The position numbers were made by a program, and so were the translations under genes. The notes beneath the pieces were generated by a model, which worked only from the letters and a program-made list of their open reading frames with translations, ran no database searches and was not told the origin of the DNA. A stretch of 63,777 bases of DNA, filler included, from Octopus bimaculoides (lineage: Eukaryota): assembly GCF_001194135.2 (NCBI RefSeq). It is 5 parts of 5 records of this genome, joined end to end, with 100 filler letters (N's around TTAATTAATTAA, not from the genome) between each part and the next. Parts side by side here need not be neighbours in the genome. Positions count along the whole stretch, not along the records: positions 34,581 to 59,090 come from NC_068983.1; positions 59,191 to 60,982 come from NW_026388987.1; positions 61,083 to 63,777 come from NW_026433788.1; 2 more parts are not named here. The stretch is one strand, 5' to 3'. Numbering within the stretch: the stretch's first letter is position 1; every line of letters begins with the position of its first letter. Below are positions 50,960 to 62,730 of the stretch, piece by piece.

Positions 50960-51372
50960 TTTGTTTGATCTTAACACATTGAGCATGTCCCTTAGTGACT
51001 GACGATAAGTGCATCTCTGAACACAAGCAGAAGTAGTGGGGAAATACCATTGTCATGCGTTGAGAGGAATTCTTTGGGGTTTGTATAATTCACCCTTGGA
51101 AGCATGGGTACTTCATTCAGCATCCTTAAACAACCCTTATTCAGGGACCTTTTGAACGGCATGTGCTACTCGACCTCAGGAAAATTTTAACTGGGCCTCA
51201 TGTGCAAGGTCATGCGCTATTTCTCCTGATATGCAATCACCATGTTGCACACATGTGGTTGTGATGAATGTGCCTGGTGTATCTTTATCAGAATGGGTAG
51301 TAATGATGGGTATATTGGGCTTCGTATAATTGTACCCCAGTGTCACATTGATGGCATGCACTGCTCTCTCAC
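50960..51372 (-). repeat. Dispersed repeat of about 400 bp, unclassified, copy 2 (inverted)
   Basis: Reverse complement matches GAGAGAGCAGTGCATGCCATCAA..AGAGATGCAC of copy 1. Confidence 0.75.
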
Positions 51373-51526
51373 TGAATAATAATAACAACAACAACAAAAA
51401 CAACAACAACAACAATAATGATAATAATAATAATAATTACAACAATAATAATAATTTTTCCACTTTCTTCTCCTCATTACATTTGAGGCAAGGCAAATGC
51501 TCTGCAATATTTGTATTCGAACTTAG

Positions 51527-51960
51527 GTACAGTGTGTATATCACGTAACCGAAGCAGTTAAATCCGAGTAAGTACTATCTGAAGTTGATAGTGTCTTGGT
51601 AGTTGGTGTGCTGGCATCTTGAGCATTTATTAATTCCATATGTAATTTCAAAACCGCAGAGATACAGATACAACGTAGTCGAACCGGGCCACAAGGCCAT
51701 CGAAGCAACCAGAAACATTTGTTGTACGAGAAGGGATGGCAAAGTTGATCTGAGTACTCTATGCAGATAGTTCAAGAAATCTTGCTCGGGTTGCAAGATC
51801 CTCGATGAGCAGGCTAGGTCAAGTTGTCTTAAAACAGTGGATTCCGAAGAAATGCACCAAGACATAGAAACAAATCTTGCGTGTAGCACTCGGAGAGTAT
51901 AAGGCGAGCTCAGCATCTCACAGATGTGTGTCCATCATGCGACAAAAATATCATGCATTG
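51527..51960 (+). mobile_element. Mariner transposase N-terminal remnant
   Basis: GHKAIEATRNICC..GKVDLSTLCR*FKKSCSGCKILDEQARSSCLKTVDSE..IETNLACSTRRV, the helix-turn-helix region of a mariner transposase. Confidence 0.8.
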
Positions 51961-54640
51961 GTTAGCAGAAGGCAAGATCATTTACAACAATACGTTTCGA
52001 ACGACCCGGAATAAATTCCAGGGAATAGGTTAAATGACTAACCAACTAACTAATCTATCGCTTGTTTAATATTTTAGTTAAACAATCAATCAGCTGTTTG
52101 TTTATTATTATTGGCGTAATGACCCAAGGCACAACATACTTTGTTTTAACACACGAATTTACATTAGAAATCTTACAAAAACGAGGATAAAAAGAAAATT
52201 GTGGACAAAATATGGTAAGTGCAGAAGTATTATTCAAACATGTAAACATGTTGGCTTTGCATAGGGTTGTGAGTTATGATTACCTCTGAAGGAATGTGTT
52301 CGTGTAATTATACTATACGATTAAATCTTGATATATTTAAAATATTTTTGTGTATTGATACGCTCGTTTAAATAACTGCATATATTTTTTTAAAACTAAC
52401 TCGTTCTGCAAACCCTTTATCATAAGGCGTCATTGCACATGTGCACGGGTTTTCTGTCCACTAAATGAAAGAAAGATTGTCATCATCATTATCATCATCA
52501 TCATCCTCATCATCGTCGTCGTCGTTGCCGTCATCATGGTCATCGTCATCGTCATCGTCGTCATCATCATCATCGTCTAAAGATATGGGAATGAGTATAA
52601 GCATGTTCCCAAACAGTTGCTTAATTCAATGCAGTAGGATACAGAAATTCATTTGGAAATAGAGAATATAACTGGACATTCCAGACAATGGGTGAGTATT
52701 GACAGAGAAAAATGTTTGTAATGTTCGTTTTCAAATATTAGTCCACGATATAGACTAGCACTCTCTCGCAAAATTGCCACAATTGAGCCTGAATCAAAAT
52801 GAATTATTTGTTCCGGCTCTTGATGTTCTTCGTTCCTATGCAACGAGATCAAATTTTGTCTTCCATAAAATTGGAGTCGATAAAATAACGTGCCCATTCA
52901 ATGGGATGTACTAACCTTTTTTCCTTTTTTAATTACTGGAGACGTGCTGAAATCAGAATTCATTATTTCCCTACTCTATCACTCTCCTTACTCGCTCTCT
53001 CTTTATGACAAACATATCTGCTATAAAAAATCACCCAGGTATGAGAATGGTTCCTATAGAAGAAAGTGTTGTAAAGTAAGTCAAGTCATGTTCTCTTGTT
53101 GCTCATTAATTGATAGTGTGCTCTGTATTCACATGAGGTCTCACTCAAAGTCCTAATTATGCTGAGTGGTAAAAAATGTCCATTACCATATCTATTCCTA
53201 AGTCAAATCATCATATATNNNNNNNNNNNNNNNNNNNNNNNNNNNNNNNNNNNNNNNNNNNNNNNNNNNNNNNNNNNNNNNNNNNNNNNNNNNNNNNNNN
53301 NNNNNNNNNNNNNNNNNNNNNNNNNNNNNNNNNNNNNNNNNNNNNNNNNNNNNNNNNNNNNNNNNNNNNNNNNNNNNNNNNNNNNNNNNNNNNNNNNNNN
53401 NNNNNNNNNNNNNNNNNNNNNNNNNNNNNNNNNNNNNNNNNNNNNNNNNNNNNNNNNNNNNNNNNNNNNNNNNNNNNNNNNNNNNNNNNNNNNNNNNNNN
53501 NNNNNNNNNNNNNNNNNNNNNNNNNNNNNNNNNNNNNNNNNNNNNNNNNNNNNNNNNNNNNNNNNNNNNNNNNNNNNNNNNNNNNNNNNNNNNNNNNNNN
53601 NNNNNNNNNNNNNNNNNNNNNNNNNNNNNNNNNNNNNNNNNNNNNNNNNNNNNNNNNNNNNNNNNNNNNTATATATATACACATATATATATATATATAT
53701 TCACATGCACACATAAAAGTTACACGTCTTATATATGAATATATCGTATAGATAAACACCCGCAGGCGCACACACGCATACACACACACATAATATACAT
53801 ATATGTATGTGCATATAAATGTGCATGCAATTCTATAGCTTTTTGCTGCACACTTCATTTGAATATGAGTCTAAGTACGTATGTATCTTTATGAATGACA
53901 TTTCATTTATATTCGTTGCGGTAATTGTACATGTCTCGAAACATTACTATTCATCCAGGAAAAGTCTACGAAAAAAATATTGCTTTATTACGTGGAATTT
54001 TGCCATTCTGAGAAGTGTAAAGATAAATATGTTTTTCTTTATTGAAATAATTTTTCTTTTATGTTAAATTCTGCGCCAAATCAGAGATAATATAGCACAT
54101 GCAAAAAATTAAATTAGACACCTTCAAGTTGGTTTGAGCAAATATATGATACATACGGCATATTTGAAGTAATCTAACTATTGATGCGGTATCAACAACG
54201 CATAGTTCTGTTTTTTGTTAAAGATAAATCGTACATGGTTCATGTACATGTTTGGTGTATAGAGCAACATTTATGCCTAGGACAAGGAATCTGCCAAACT
54301 ACCAATGTGTTCCTGAAATAATCTAAAATTAGATTACCGAAAGCCTATGTCTATTTCTGCAGAAGATTATATAACAAATGAATTATGTAAGTGAATATTT
54401 CCTAATTCGTTCACTTATAAATACTCAATGTATGTAGACATACATGCATACACACATATATAAACGTATGCAGGTGTGTATGAATATTCTGACGAATCAA
54501 GAAATATAAACAAAAAGGAAGAGGAAGCACTAAATTTAAGCTGTTAATCTTTGGGAGACCGGAAAATCAAACATCGCAGAAAGCAACGATTACAGATAAT
54601 TTAACTCTCAATATATGTATGTATATATGCATACAGAAAG

Positions 54641-54719
<79 letters not shown>

Positions 54720-55289
54720 GGAGAGACAGAGACAGAGAGACAGAGAGACAGAGACAGACAGATAGACAGACAGACAGACAGACAGGCAGAGACAGAGACA
54801 CTGGGCTTATTAAAACATCATTTCGATTGGCGTACTAGACGATACAATTTCGTGTGTTTTTATCATGAGTCATATACAAGTTCCTCACACGGTGAGGAAT
54901 GCAATATTCTGTGTTCTAACTCAAATTTCAAGATCAAGATTACATTTTGGCATTAACACTTCTTTTCTCGATGTGAATTATTTTTTAATAAGTCTGTTGG
55001 CTAATTGCTACAGCCGTGCCAGAATAGACACTTAGATTCCATATATGTTTGTCGAGAGATTACTTTCTCATCACGAAGATGGACATGTACAGCTGTGCAA
55101 TCCATAGCAAAGTCAAATCACGTGATCGGGAAGTTCCGACAAACGTAGCAGATATTTCCTGTTTCTCAACGATATAATTTTCAGTGTTTTTACGTGTCAC
55201 GGGTTCTTATGACAGTTTCTCATTCTAAAATACAGTTCTATATTTAAGAGATGAGTAATTATGTACATTATTTTCATTTCATTTCTATT

Positions 55290-55399
55290 TGTCGTAATCT
55301 TGCTTGTTAACACAACGTTTCGGCTGATATACCCTCCAGTCTTCATCATGTGTCTTTGGAAAACTTCGAACATGGGTTCTCATTCCAAAGATATTTTGC

Positions 55400-55400
<1 letters not shown>
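55290..55400 (-). mobile_element. Penelope-like element terminal-repeat fragment, copy 2
   Basis: Homologous to 20490-20612, containing the hammerhead motif. Confidence 0.55.
55309..55354 (-). ncRNA. Penelope-type type I hammerhead ribozyme motif (C3->A)
   Basis: Minus strand reads GACAC-aTGATGA-A-GaCTG(10 nt)CAGCC-GAA-ACGT-T-GTGTT. Same family as 20521. Confidence 0.65.
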
Positions 55401-55434
<34 letters not shown>

Positions 55435-55867
55435 ATGTAGGATTCTACGGAAAGTTTGTGCCTATTTTTAAAGGAAAGAAAAAGGTTAATAAATACTTGC
55501 CATTACATTTTTAATGTACCAAATATGAACCATTTTGTTGCATTATTCGTCTCCATCTTTCGGATANNNNNNNNNNNNNNNNNNNNNNNNNNNNNNNNNN
55601 NNNNNNNNNNNNNNNNNNNNNNNNNNNNNNNNNNNNNNNNNNNNNNNNNNNNNNNNNNNNNNNNNNNNNNNNNNNNNNNNNNNNNNNNNNNNNNNNNNNN
55701 NNNNNNNNNNNNNNNNNNNNNNNNNNNNNNNNNNNNNNNNNNNNNNNNNNNNNNNNNNNNNNNNNNNNNNNNNNNNNNNNNNNNNNNNNNNNNNNNNNNN
55801 NNNNNNNNNNNNNNNNNNNNNNNNNNNNNNNNNNNNNNNNNNNNNNNNNNNNNNNNNNNNNNNNNNN

Positions 55868-55959
<92 letters not shown>

Positions 55960-57261
55960 ATGTGTACTTACGTACTATGGTATGCAGCATAACTCACATT
56001 GAATATCAGCTATTGTTGAAATATGCTTGTTCGTTAGTAACTATGCATTTCATATAAGGGTGTGATTTACAAATGTTTTATTGTACTCTATACTTGACTA
56101 ACACACACGCAACATACACATAACGAGGAAACTCGCGAGAAGTAGGTGAAATGTTAGATCAAACTTCACTTTTTTATTTGCAGTTACCATTTCTTTTTAA
56201 TATTCTGTCGGTGTCGCTATCTATTTTGCCACATGGATAAGTTTGAATTAGTGAAAGTTTCACAGCTCGGCAAGTTTTGGGAAATACGGAAGTTAAGTAT
56301 GGATAGATAAAAAGGAAAGGATTTAACGATACTGGCTTCATCTAGGGAGTTAAAATGGAAACAACAAACATTATTTTCAATGAAGTTTGTGAAAACATCC
56401 GTTTGAGAAGACCTCTGAAGTTTATTTCCTCTATGTTCTACCTTGGATTAGTGACTGAAGTATTTGCGTGTGAATAGGGAAATCTGAATAATTTAATGCT
56501 GCGTTTTAACAAAAATCAATTGGATATTATATAACCACTTCGTACAACTTGCGTGCTTTAGATAAAATTCTGAGAAATTTTGAGAAGAAACACAGTATGC
56601 GCAATATGTGAAATGTTGCAGCTCGGTCACTGATATATGACACCAATGTGTACAGGAGGGCGAACAGGAACTCTGTTTACACATAATCATATCAATTATA
56701 TGGAACCCAATGCCAAACACCCTGTCAACATTATTGTTATGAATAATAAAACTTGGTGTGAATTTTCAGTAGGAATTAATTAAAAATAGAAATACAAAAA
56801 CATTAATGGCTCATTATATACATAAATTCCTAATAAAAGCATTGGAAACGTAACAGGAAGATTAACTGATTGCTATAAATAGATAATTTTGAGAACAGCC
56901 CAAACAAAAATTAACAGATTTGAAACATAAAATACAAAATTTAATAATGCTACAAATGATGAATGTGTGTTCGAACCAGTTGAAATGTAATATTGTATTT
57001 CAGAATTAAACTTTCGAGCCTTCGGCTTTATTTTGAGGTTTCATTTTCATCGATGCTGGATTAATTGAACAAATGGTAATAAAATGTAACATTGTATTCA
57101 ATCAAACTTCTATCATAAAGCAAATAGCAACACATCCGTTTAAAACAAAATCTTCATCTTGAAGACGTTGAGCGTTTACTGTTTAAAAGTAATAACCTGT
57201 CACAAATGTGAAATCCTGGTATTCTTTCACAATTATACCATTTAAATTGTATACATGTGCA

Positions 57262-57385
57262 ACACGAAAGGCCTGGCTGGAAGCCTAAACTTCTCAGTTT
57301 TTTTACAGGGCTTAGAAAAACTGAAGGTCCCCTGCAATAAGCATGTGAATCTGAGAGGGGAATATGCCTTTAAACAATGCCAGGA
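57262..57385 (+). mobile_element. Mariner-derived short element, second partial copy
   Basis: Shares CAGGGCTTAGAAAAACT(A/G)AAGG..GC..TAA with 1680-1750. Confidence 0.5.
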
Positions 57386-57632
57386 AATTTTCTGCACTCA
57401 CTAGTACGCACGTATGTATGTGTGTATGTATGTATGTATGTATGTATGTATGTATGTATGTATGTATGTACATTCTAGATATAACAAAGCGGATAGCATT
57501 GCAGGTTGTTCCTGACAGATTGTCGAAGATTCTAGTGTTACGCTTGTACCACTTCAGTGCATTTTGTAGTTTTGCATCTTTGTGAGTGCCTGTGTGTGCG
57601 TGCATGTATGTGTGTGAGTGTGTGTGTATGTG

Positions 57633-57695
<63 letters not shown>

Positions 57696-58589
57696 TAGGT
57701 TGAACCGGTCAGTGTCTTCAAAGTTATTTCTGTTAGCTCGATTTATCAATTTTCCGTTCAGATATAACTAAGTTTCCTTTACGGCATTGATTAAGCATCT
57801 TGTCTTACTGTTATTGATGACAAATAATTTTTTCTCATTTCTAGGAAGATTCTACTTACGTTGGACGCTTTTATGAAATATTGTGTTGATATTTCGCATC
57901 TTTCTTTCTATATATTCAAGTTATTCTTTAATCGATATTTTCTCAACGCCGCATTATAACAATGTGCACTAAAATTATATTTTTTATGTAGAATATATTA
58001 GATTTTCTGCTAAAACTACTGACAAAGTATTTTTTCTTATTATTATAGATGTATATACAGGCTTCCGCTTTGGACTTTGTAATGATAGTACTTGTAAATA
58101 ATTGAAAGTAGTGTGACGTCTTAAACGCTGACATTGCACAAAGTGGTTCTGATGGTGATTTTCATGTTAAAATCCATGCGTTCCAAAAGATTCTTGCAAA
58201 TTATTTTCCCAAAGGACATTTATTTACAGGATTATATTCAGTGAATTGCAACATTTACAACAAAATTTAACTGTTGTTCTTAAAGGAGACGGTGAAATCG
58301 AATTGTAGGCTTCTTAGAAAACCAAAGCCATTAGGAATCTCTTCGAAGTGCACCTGAAATTGAAATAACCTGGCTGCGCCCAAATATCTCATTCCGTATT
58401 GACCAGTATGCTCAAACATCCCTCCCCAGATACTGGGAACCTGAAATTTAAACATCCTACTGCTGATATATTTCTTGCACTTCTTGACCTGCAATAGTTT
58501 AAGCAGCATATCGAAGACATCGAACACACAGATCCTGCAAAGTACAAGTTCTCTTTTCTGGTCTCAACAAATAAACATTTTTAATATAG

Positions 58590-58795
58590 GCACACAAGGC
58601 ATGGAATTTCGGTGGGATTAGACTTGTTGATAACAGCGATCACAGTGCTCGATTGGTAAGTATTTTATCGCTCTCATAAAGATGAAAGGCAAAATTCAGC
58701 CTCTATGGAATTTGAACGCAGATGTAAGCACGGAAGAAATACCACGAAGAATTTTGCCCGGCGTGCTAACGATCCAGGCAACTAGATGCCTTAAT
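58590..58795 (-). mobile_element. SINE family B, degenerate
   Basis: GATGAAAGGCAAA..GAATTTGAAC..CCCGGCGTGCTAACG. Confidence 0.7.
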
Positions 58796-59494
58796 CTCAG
58801 CAAATAATACAGAGACACACACACATTCACACACACGAGTTTGTTTTAAAAAAAAAAAAATTCTGTGGGGGTGGGGTGGGGGGTCACGCACATATGAATT
58901 TTTGTCCAAACTTTATTCAAAGAGTTTATTGTTCTGGATAAAAGAGCCATTCATGAGTTACTTTTTTCTAGTTGAACTGTTTTAGCACGATGGAAACTGA
59001 CGTGAAGCCTCACAAACCGCAATAACAAATGTGGCATTATGAAAGAATGCCACAATTCCTTTTACATATACTTGTAAGTTAATTATTTTGNNNNNNNNNN
59101 NNNNNNNNNNNNNNNNNNNNNNNNNNNNNNNNNNTTAATTAATTAANNNNNNNNNNNNNNNNNNNNNNNNNNNNNNNNNNNNNNNNNNNNATGGAGGAAA
59201 GAAGAGAAAATGGAAGGGAGGAGGAAGAGGAGAAACGTGGAACAAAGGTTAGGGTTAGGAAGAAGGATAATGAGTTATTCGAAGAGGAAAGATGGAAGGC
59301 GGTAAATGATGGCATGAAGAAGGGAAAAGGAAATGGAGGGGGAAGAAGGGAGAAAAGGAAAAGAAGAGAGAGAGAGAGAAAGAAGCATGAAAGAGAGAAA
59401 GGTCTGCGAGGAATGATGACCCAGATGAAGAGAAAAGATTGAAAAATTGAATGGAGGAGAAAAAAGGAAGAGGAGTTAACTATTCTTTTCTACT

Positions 59495-59690
59495 CTAGGC
59501 ACAAGGCCCGAAATTTTTGTGGAGGGAGCCAGTCGATTAGATCGACCCCAGTACACAACAGGTACTTAATTTATCGACAAGGAAAAGATAAAAAGCAAAG
59601 TCGACCTCGGTAGAATTTGAACTTAGAACGCAAAGACAGACGAAATAACGGTAAGCATTTCGCCCGGCGTGCTAACGTTTCTGCCAGCTC
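59495..59690 (-). mobile_element. SINE family B
   Basis: GGCACAAGGCCCGAAATTT..TTTCGCCCGGCGTGCTAACGTTTCTGCCAGCTC. Confidence 0.85.
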
Positions 59691-60109
59691 AAAACCTTAG
59701 AAGAGCTTTATTATTTAAGCTATTATATATGTTATTTTTTTTAACGTTTATTAATTCGTTTTGCAAGATTCCTGATGTGAAATCGTGTGTTAAAACAGAT
59801 ATTGTTGTATTTCGGGATAGTGGTATTTTTTTTCTTTTGCCAAATAAACACACGCAGTGTATATTTAACTCATGTCCATTGTCCGGAAATCTTTCATCAT
59901 ACACCTGTGACCTCTTCAGCGATACTTTTCGTTTTCCTGTGTGTTCTTGCTCGAATATTTTATTTTTTCAATTCTACTTTCTAACGTTTTCTGTAAAACA
60001 ACAATCTGTTTTCTTTTTTTTTTTAGAAAAATTAAAGTTTGATCAATTTGAAAATAGAAATAATACATTTCTAAATCTCGCAGAGAGATTTATGCAGTAG
60101 CAGCACGAT

Positions 60110-60329
60110 AAAGTGATAGCATGTTGTCAACTTAATGTGACAGTCCTGTGAAACTAGTCTCTGGACACTAGCTTTGCTGGGTGGAGGTGCTTGTCTCCAC
60201 TTTGAAAACATAAGGACACAGGAAATGTGTCAAGTCCAACAAGAAACGGTGTTTCCTAGGGCTAAATAACAGTAGTATTCTTCCCTTTCATGGGACTGTC
60301 ACATTAAGTTGACAACATACTATCACTTT
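60110..60329. mobile_element. MITE with 44-bp TIRs
   Basis: 60110-60153 vs 60286-60329 match at 41/44 as inverted repeats. GAT lies on both flanks. Confidence 0.8.
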
Positions 60330-60662
60330 GATCATTTTGTTGAATCCTTTTTTTGTGAAACAAGAAATTTTTTCCATTTAAATATAATAAATAAGTCAGA
60401 ATAGACTGGTAGACAAGTCATCTATTTATCAGAGCATAGATGTATATGTTAGTAGATAAGAGCATAAATTGTTTATTCCGGCTGCCTCAATATCCGTCCT
60501 ATTATATAATTAAAATACAACTCATCAAATTTGGGAAGGGAACATAATCGACATGATAAACCTCTGCCTTCAGTAATTAAATGTTATTGTATTATATTAA
60601 TTCTCACTAAAGATCAGCATGTATGAAAGTGTGTACACACACATATTTATAAATATATATTT

Positions 60663-60840
60663 AGGCGCAGGAGTGGTTGTGTGGTAAGAAGCTTGTTTCT
60701 CACACATGGTTCCGGGTTCAGCTCCACTGCGTGGCACCTTGCGCAAGTATCTTCTATTATAGCCTCGGGCCGACCAAAGCCTTGTGAGTGGATTTGGTAT
60801 ATAGTTCAAACTTACAGAAAACAAAAGACGACGACAGGTG
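60663..60840 (+). mobile_element. SINE family A head
   Basis: GGCGCAGGAGTGGTTGTGTGGTAAG..GCCTTGTGAGTGGATTTGGTA. Confidence 0.9.
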
Positions 60841-61444
60841 TAGGAACTAATATATATATGTATGAGTATGTATGTATGTAGATGTTTCATATATATATGT
60901 GTGTGTGTGTGTACATATATGTATACATATAGATATGTATATGTGTGTATGTATGTATGTATATATATATATATATATATATNNNNNNNNNNNNNNNNNN
61001 NNNNNNNNNNNNNNNNNNNNNNNNNNTTAATTAATTAANNNNNNNNNNNNNNNNNNNNNNNNNNNNNNNNNNNNNNNNNNNNATATACAAAGAGAGAGAG
61101 AGAGAGAGAGGCAGACAGACTAACAGACAGGGATGAATCCGTGCATAGATATTTGTACTACATGTGTGCACTTGCTCACCAATATGAGAGCGTCTCTTAA
61201 GGTGATTTTTATTGATATAATCGATATAATATATCGATTTTTAAAATACTGAGTTTTAGATTCAGGCATTGCTGTGAATCAAAGTAGCTTATATTGCAAT
61301 CACTGGGTATCGAACTCAATACCCCTGCATCGAATCTTGTTTGTTTTTATGCCGTTATATATGAAGACATTTTCATATCAAACTGCAGAATTGATGCATA
61401 GCTATACAATGCTATACATATGTATGTATGTATATTATCTTATT

Positions 61445-61585
61445 ATTTTATTTCATTGTCATTTCGACTGGGTGGCCATGCTGGTGCACCACCAGCAAAT
61501 TGCCCCCCCAAGACATATTCTTTGTAAGTCTAGTACTTTTTTTTATCGATCTCTTTTGCCGAAGCGCTAAGTTAGAGGAACGTAA
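61445..61585 (-). mobile_element. SINE family A 3' half, degenerate
   Basis: GGCCATGCTGGTGCACC..TTCTTTGTAAGTCTAGTAC..TTTTGCCGAA. Confidence 0.7.
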
Positions 61586-61705
61586 ATACATACATACATA
61601 CATACATACATACATACATACACACATATACACATATATAGTAGGTATAACAAACGTTGGATAGCTCTGGGTGAAATATTAAGGTGGGTGGGCGAGCTTT
61701 ATACA

Positions 61706-61773
<68 letters not shown>

Positions 61774-62076
61774 TACATTTATGAGCGCATCACATGCTTT
61801 CTTGAGGTCGATACATATTAAAAGTATAATACTTCCATGCAAATGCTATGTAGGCTAGTGCAATATCAAAGGCAAACATCGTATGAAGCAAAATGGCTGT
61901 GGAAAAATGACTGAGTAACAATGCAAGCCACATTCCACCAACTTATGCTAGGCAACCTCATAGCCCCATTATCCTTAAAACACCTAGGGCTGGTTCTGGA
62001 ACTTTCGTTCATGACCAGTACAATTCTCCTCAAGGATTGCGATCTGAGGAATTGGCTACTGAGGAATTAGATTGTC

Positions 62077-62730
62077 AGGCAAAATGCATAGCGATATTTC
62101 GTCTGTCTTTATGTTCTGAGTTCAAATTTCGCCGAGGTCGACGTTGTCCTTCAACCTTTCAAGGGCGATTAATTATGTACTAGTTGCGCACTGGGGTCGA
62201 TGTAATCGACTGACTCCTTCCCCTAAAATTTCGAGTCTTGTGCCTAGAAAAGAAAAAAAAATATTACTGCTGTTGGTAAGGCGGTGAGCTGGCAGAAACG
62301 TTAGTACGCCAGGCGAAATGCTTGGCGGTATTTCGTCAGTCTTTACATTCAGTGTTCAAATTCCGCCGGGGTCGACTTTGCTTTTCATCCTTTCGGGGGT
62401 CGATAAATTAAGTACCAGTTGCGTACTGCGATCGATCTAATCGACTGGCTCCTCCGCAAAAATTTTGGGTCTTGTGCCTAGAGTAGAAAAGAATATTTAA
62501 CTTCATTAAGTCGGCGAGCTGGCAGAATCGTTAGCACGTTGGGCGAAATCCTTAGCGGTATTTCGTCCGACTTTACGTTCTGAGTTCAAATTCCGCCGAG
62601 GTCGACTTTGGTCATCAGTTTTTCGGGGTCGATAAAAGAAGTACCTCTTGAGCACACTGCGGTTGACGTAATCGATTTACCCCATTCCCGGGAATGCTGG
62701 TTTTGTGTCCTAAATATGAAACTAGTATTT
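62077..62730 (+). mobile_element. SINE family B head-to-tail trimer
   Basis: Units start at about 62077 (5'-truncated), 62280 and 62510. Confidence 0.9.

Noticed and set aside
57008-57040. AGCC-gaa-GGCTC-GAAA hairpin on the minus strand
   Set aside because: The CUGANGA box and palindromic stem III are absent; at best an unrecognisable hammerhead relic.
829-61778. Many track ORFs of HT/CV/YI/RE/poly-L repeats or X runs
   Set aside because: They are translations of microsatellites and N gaps.
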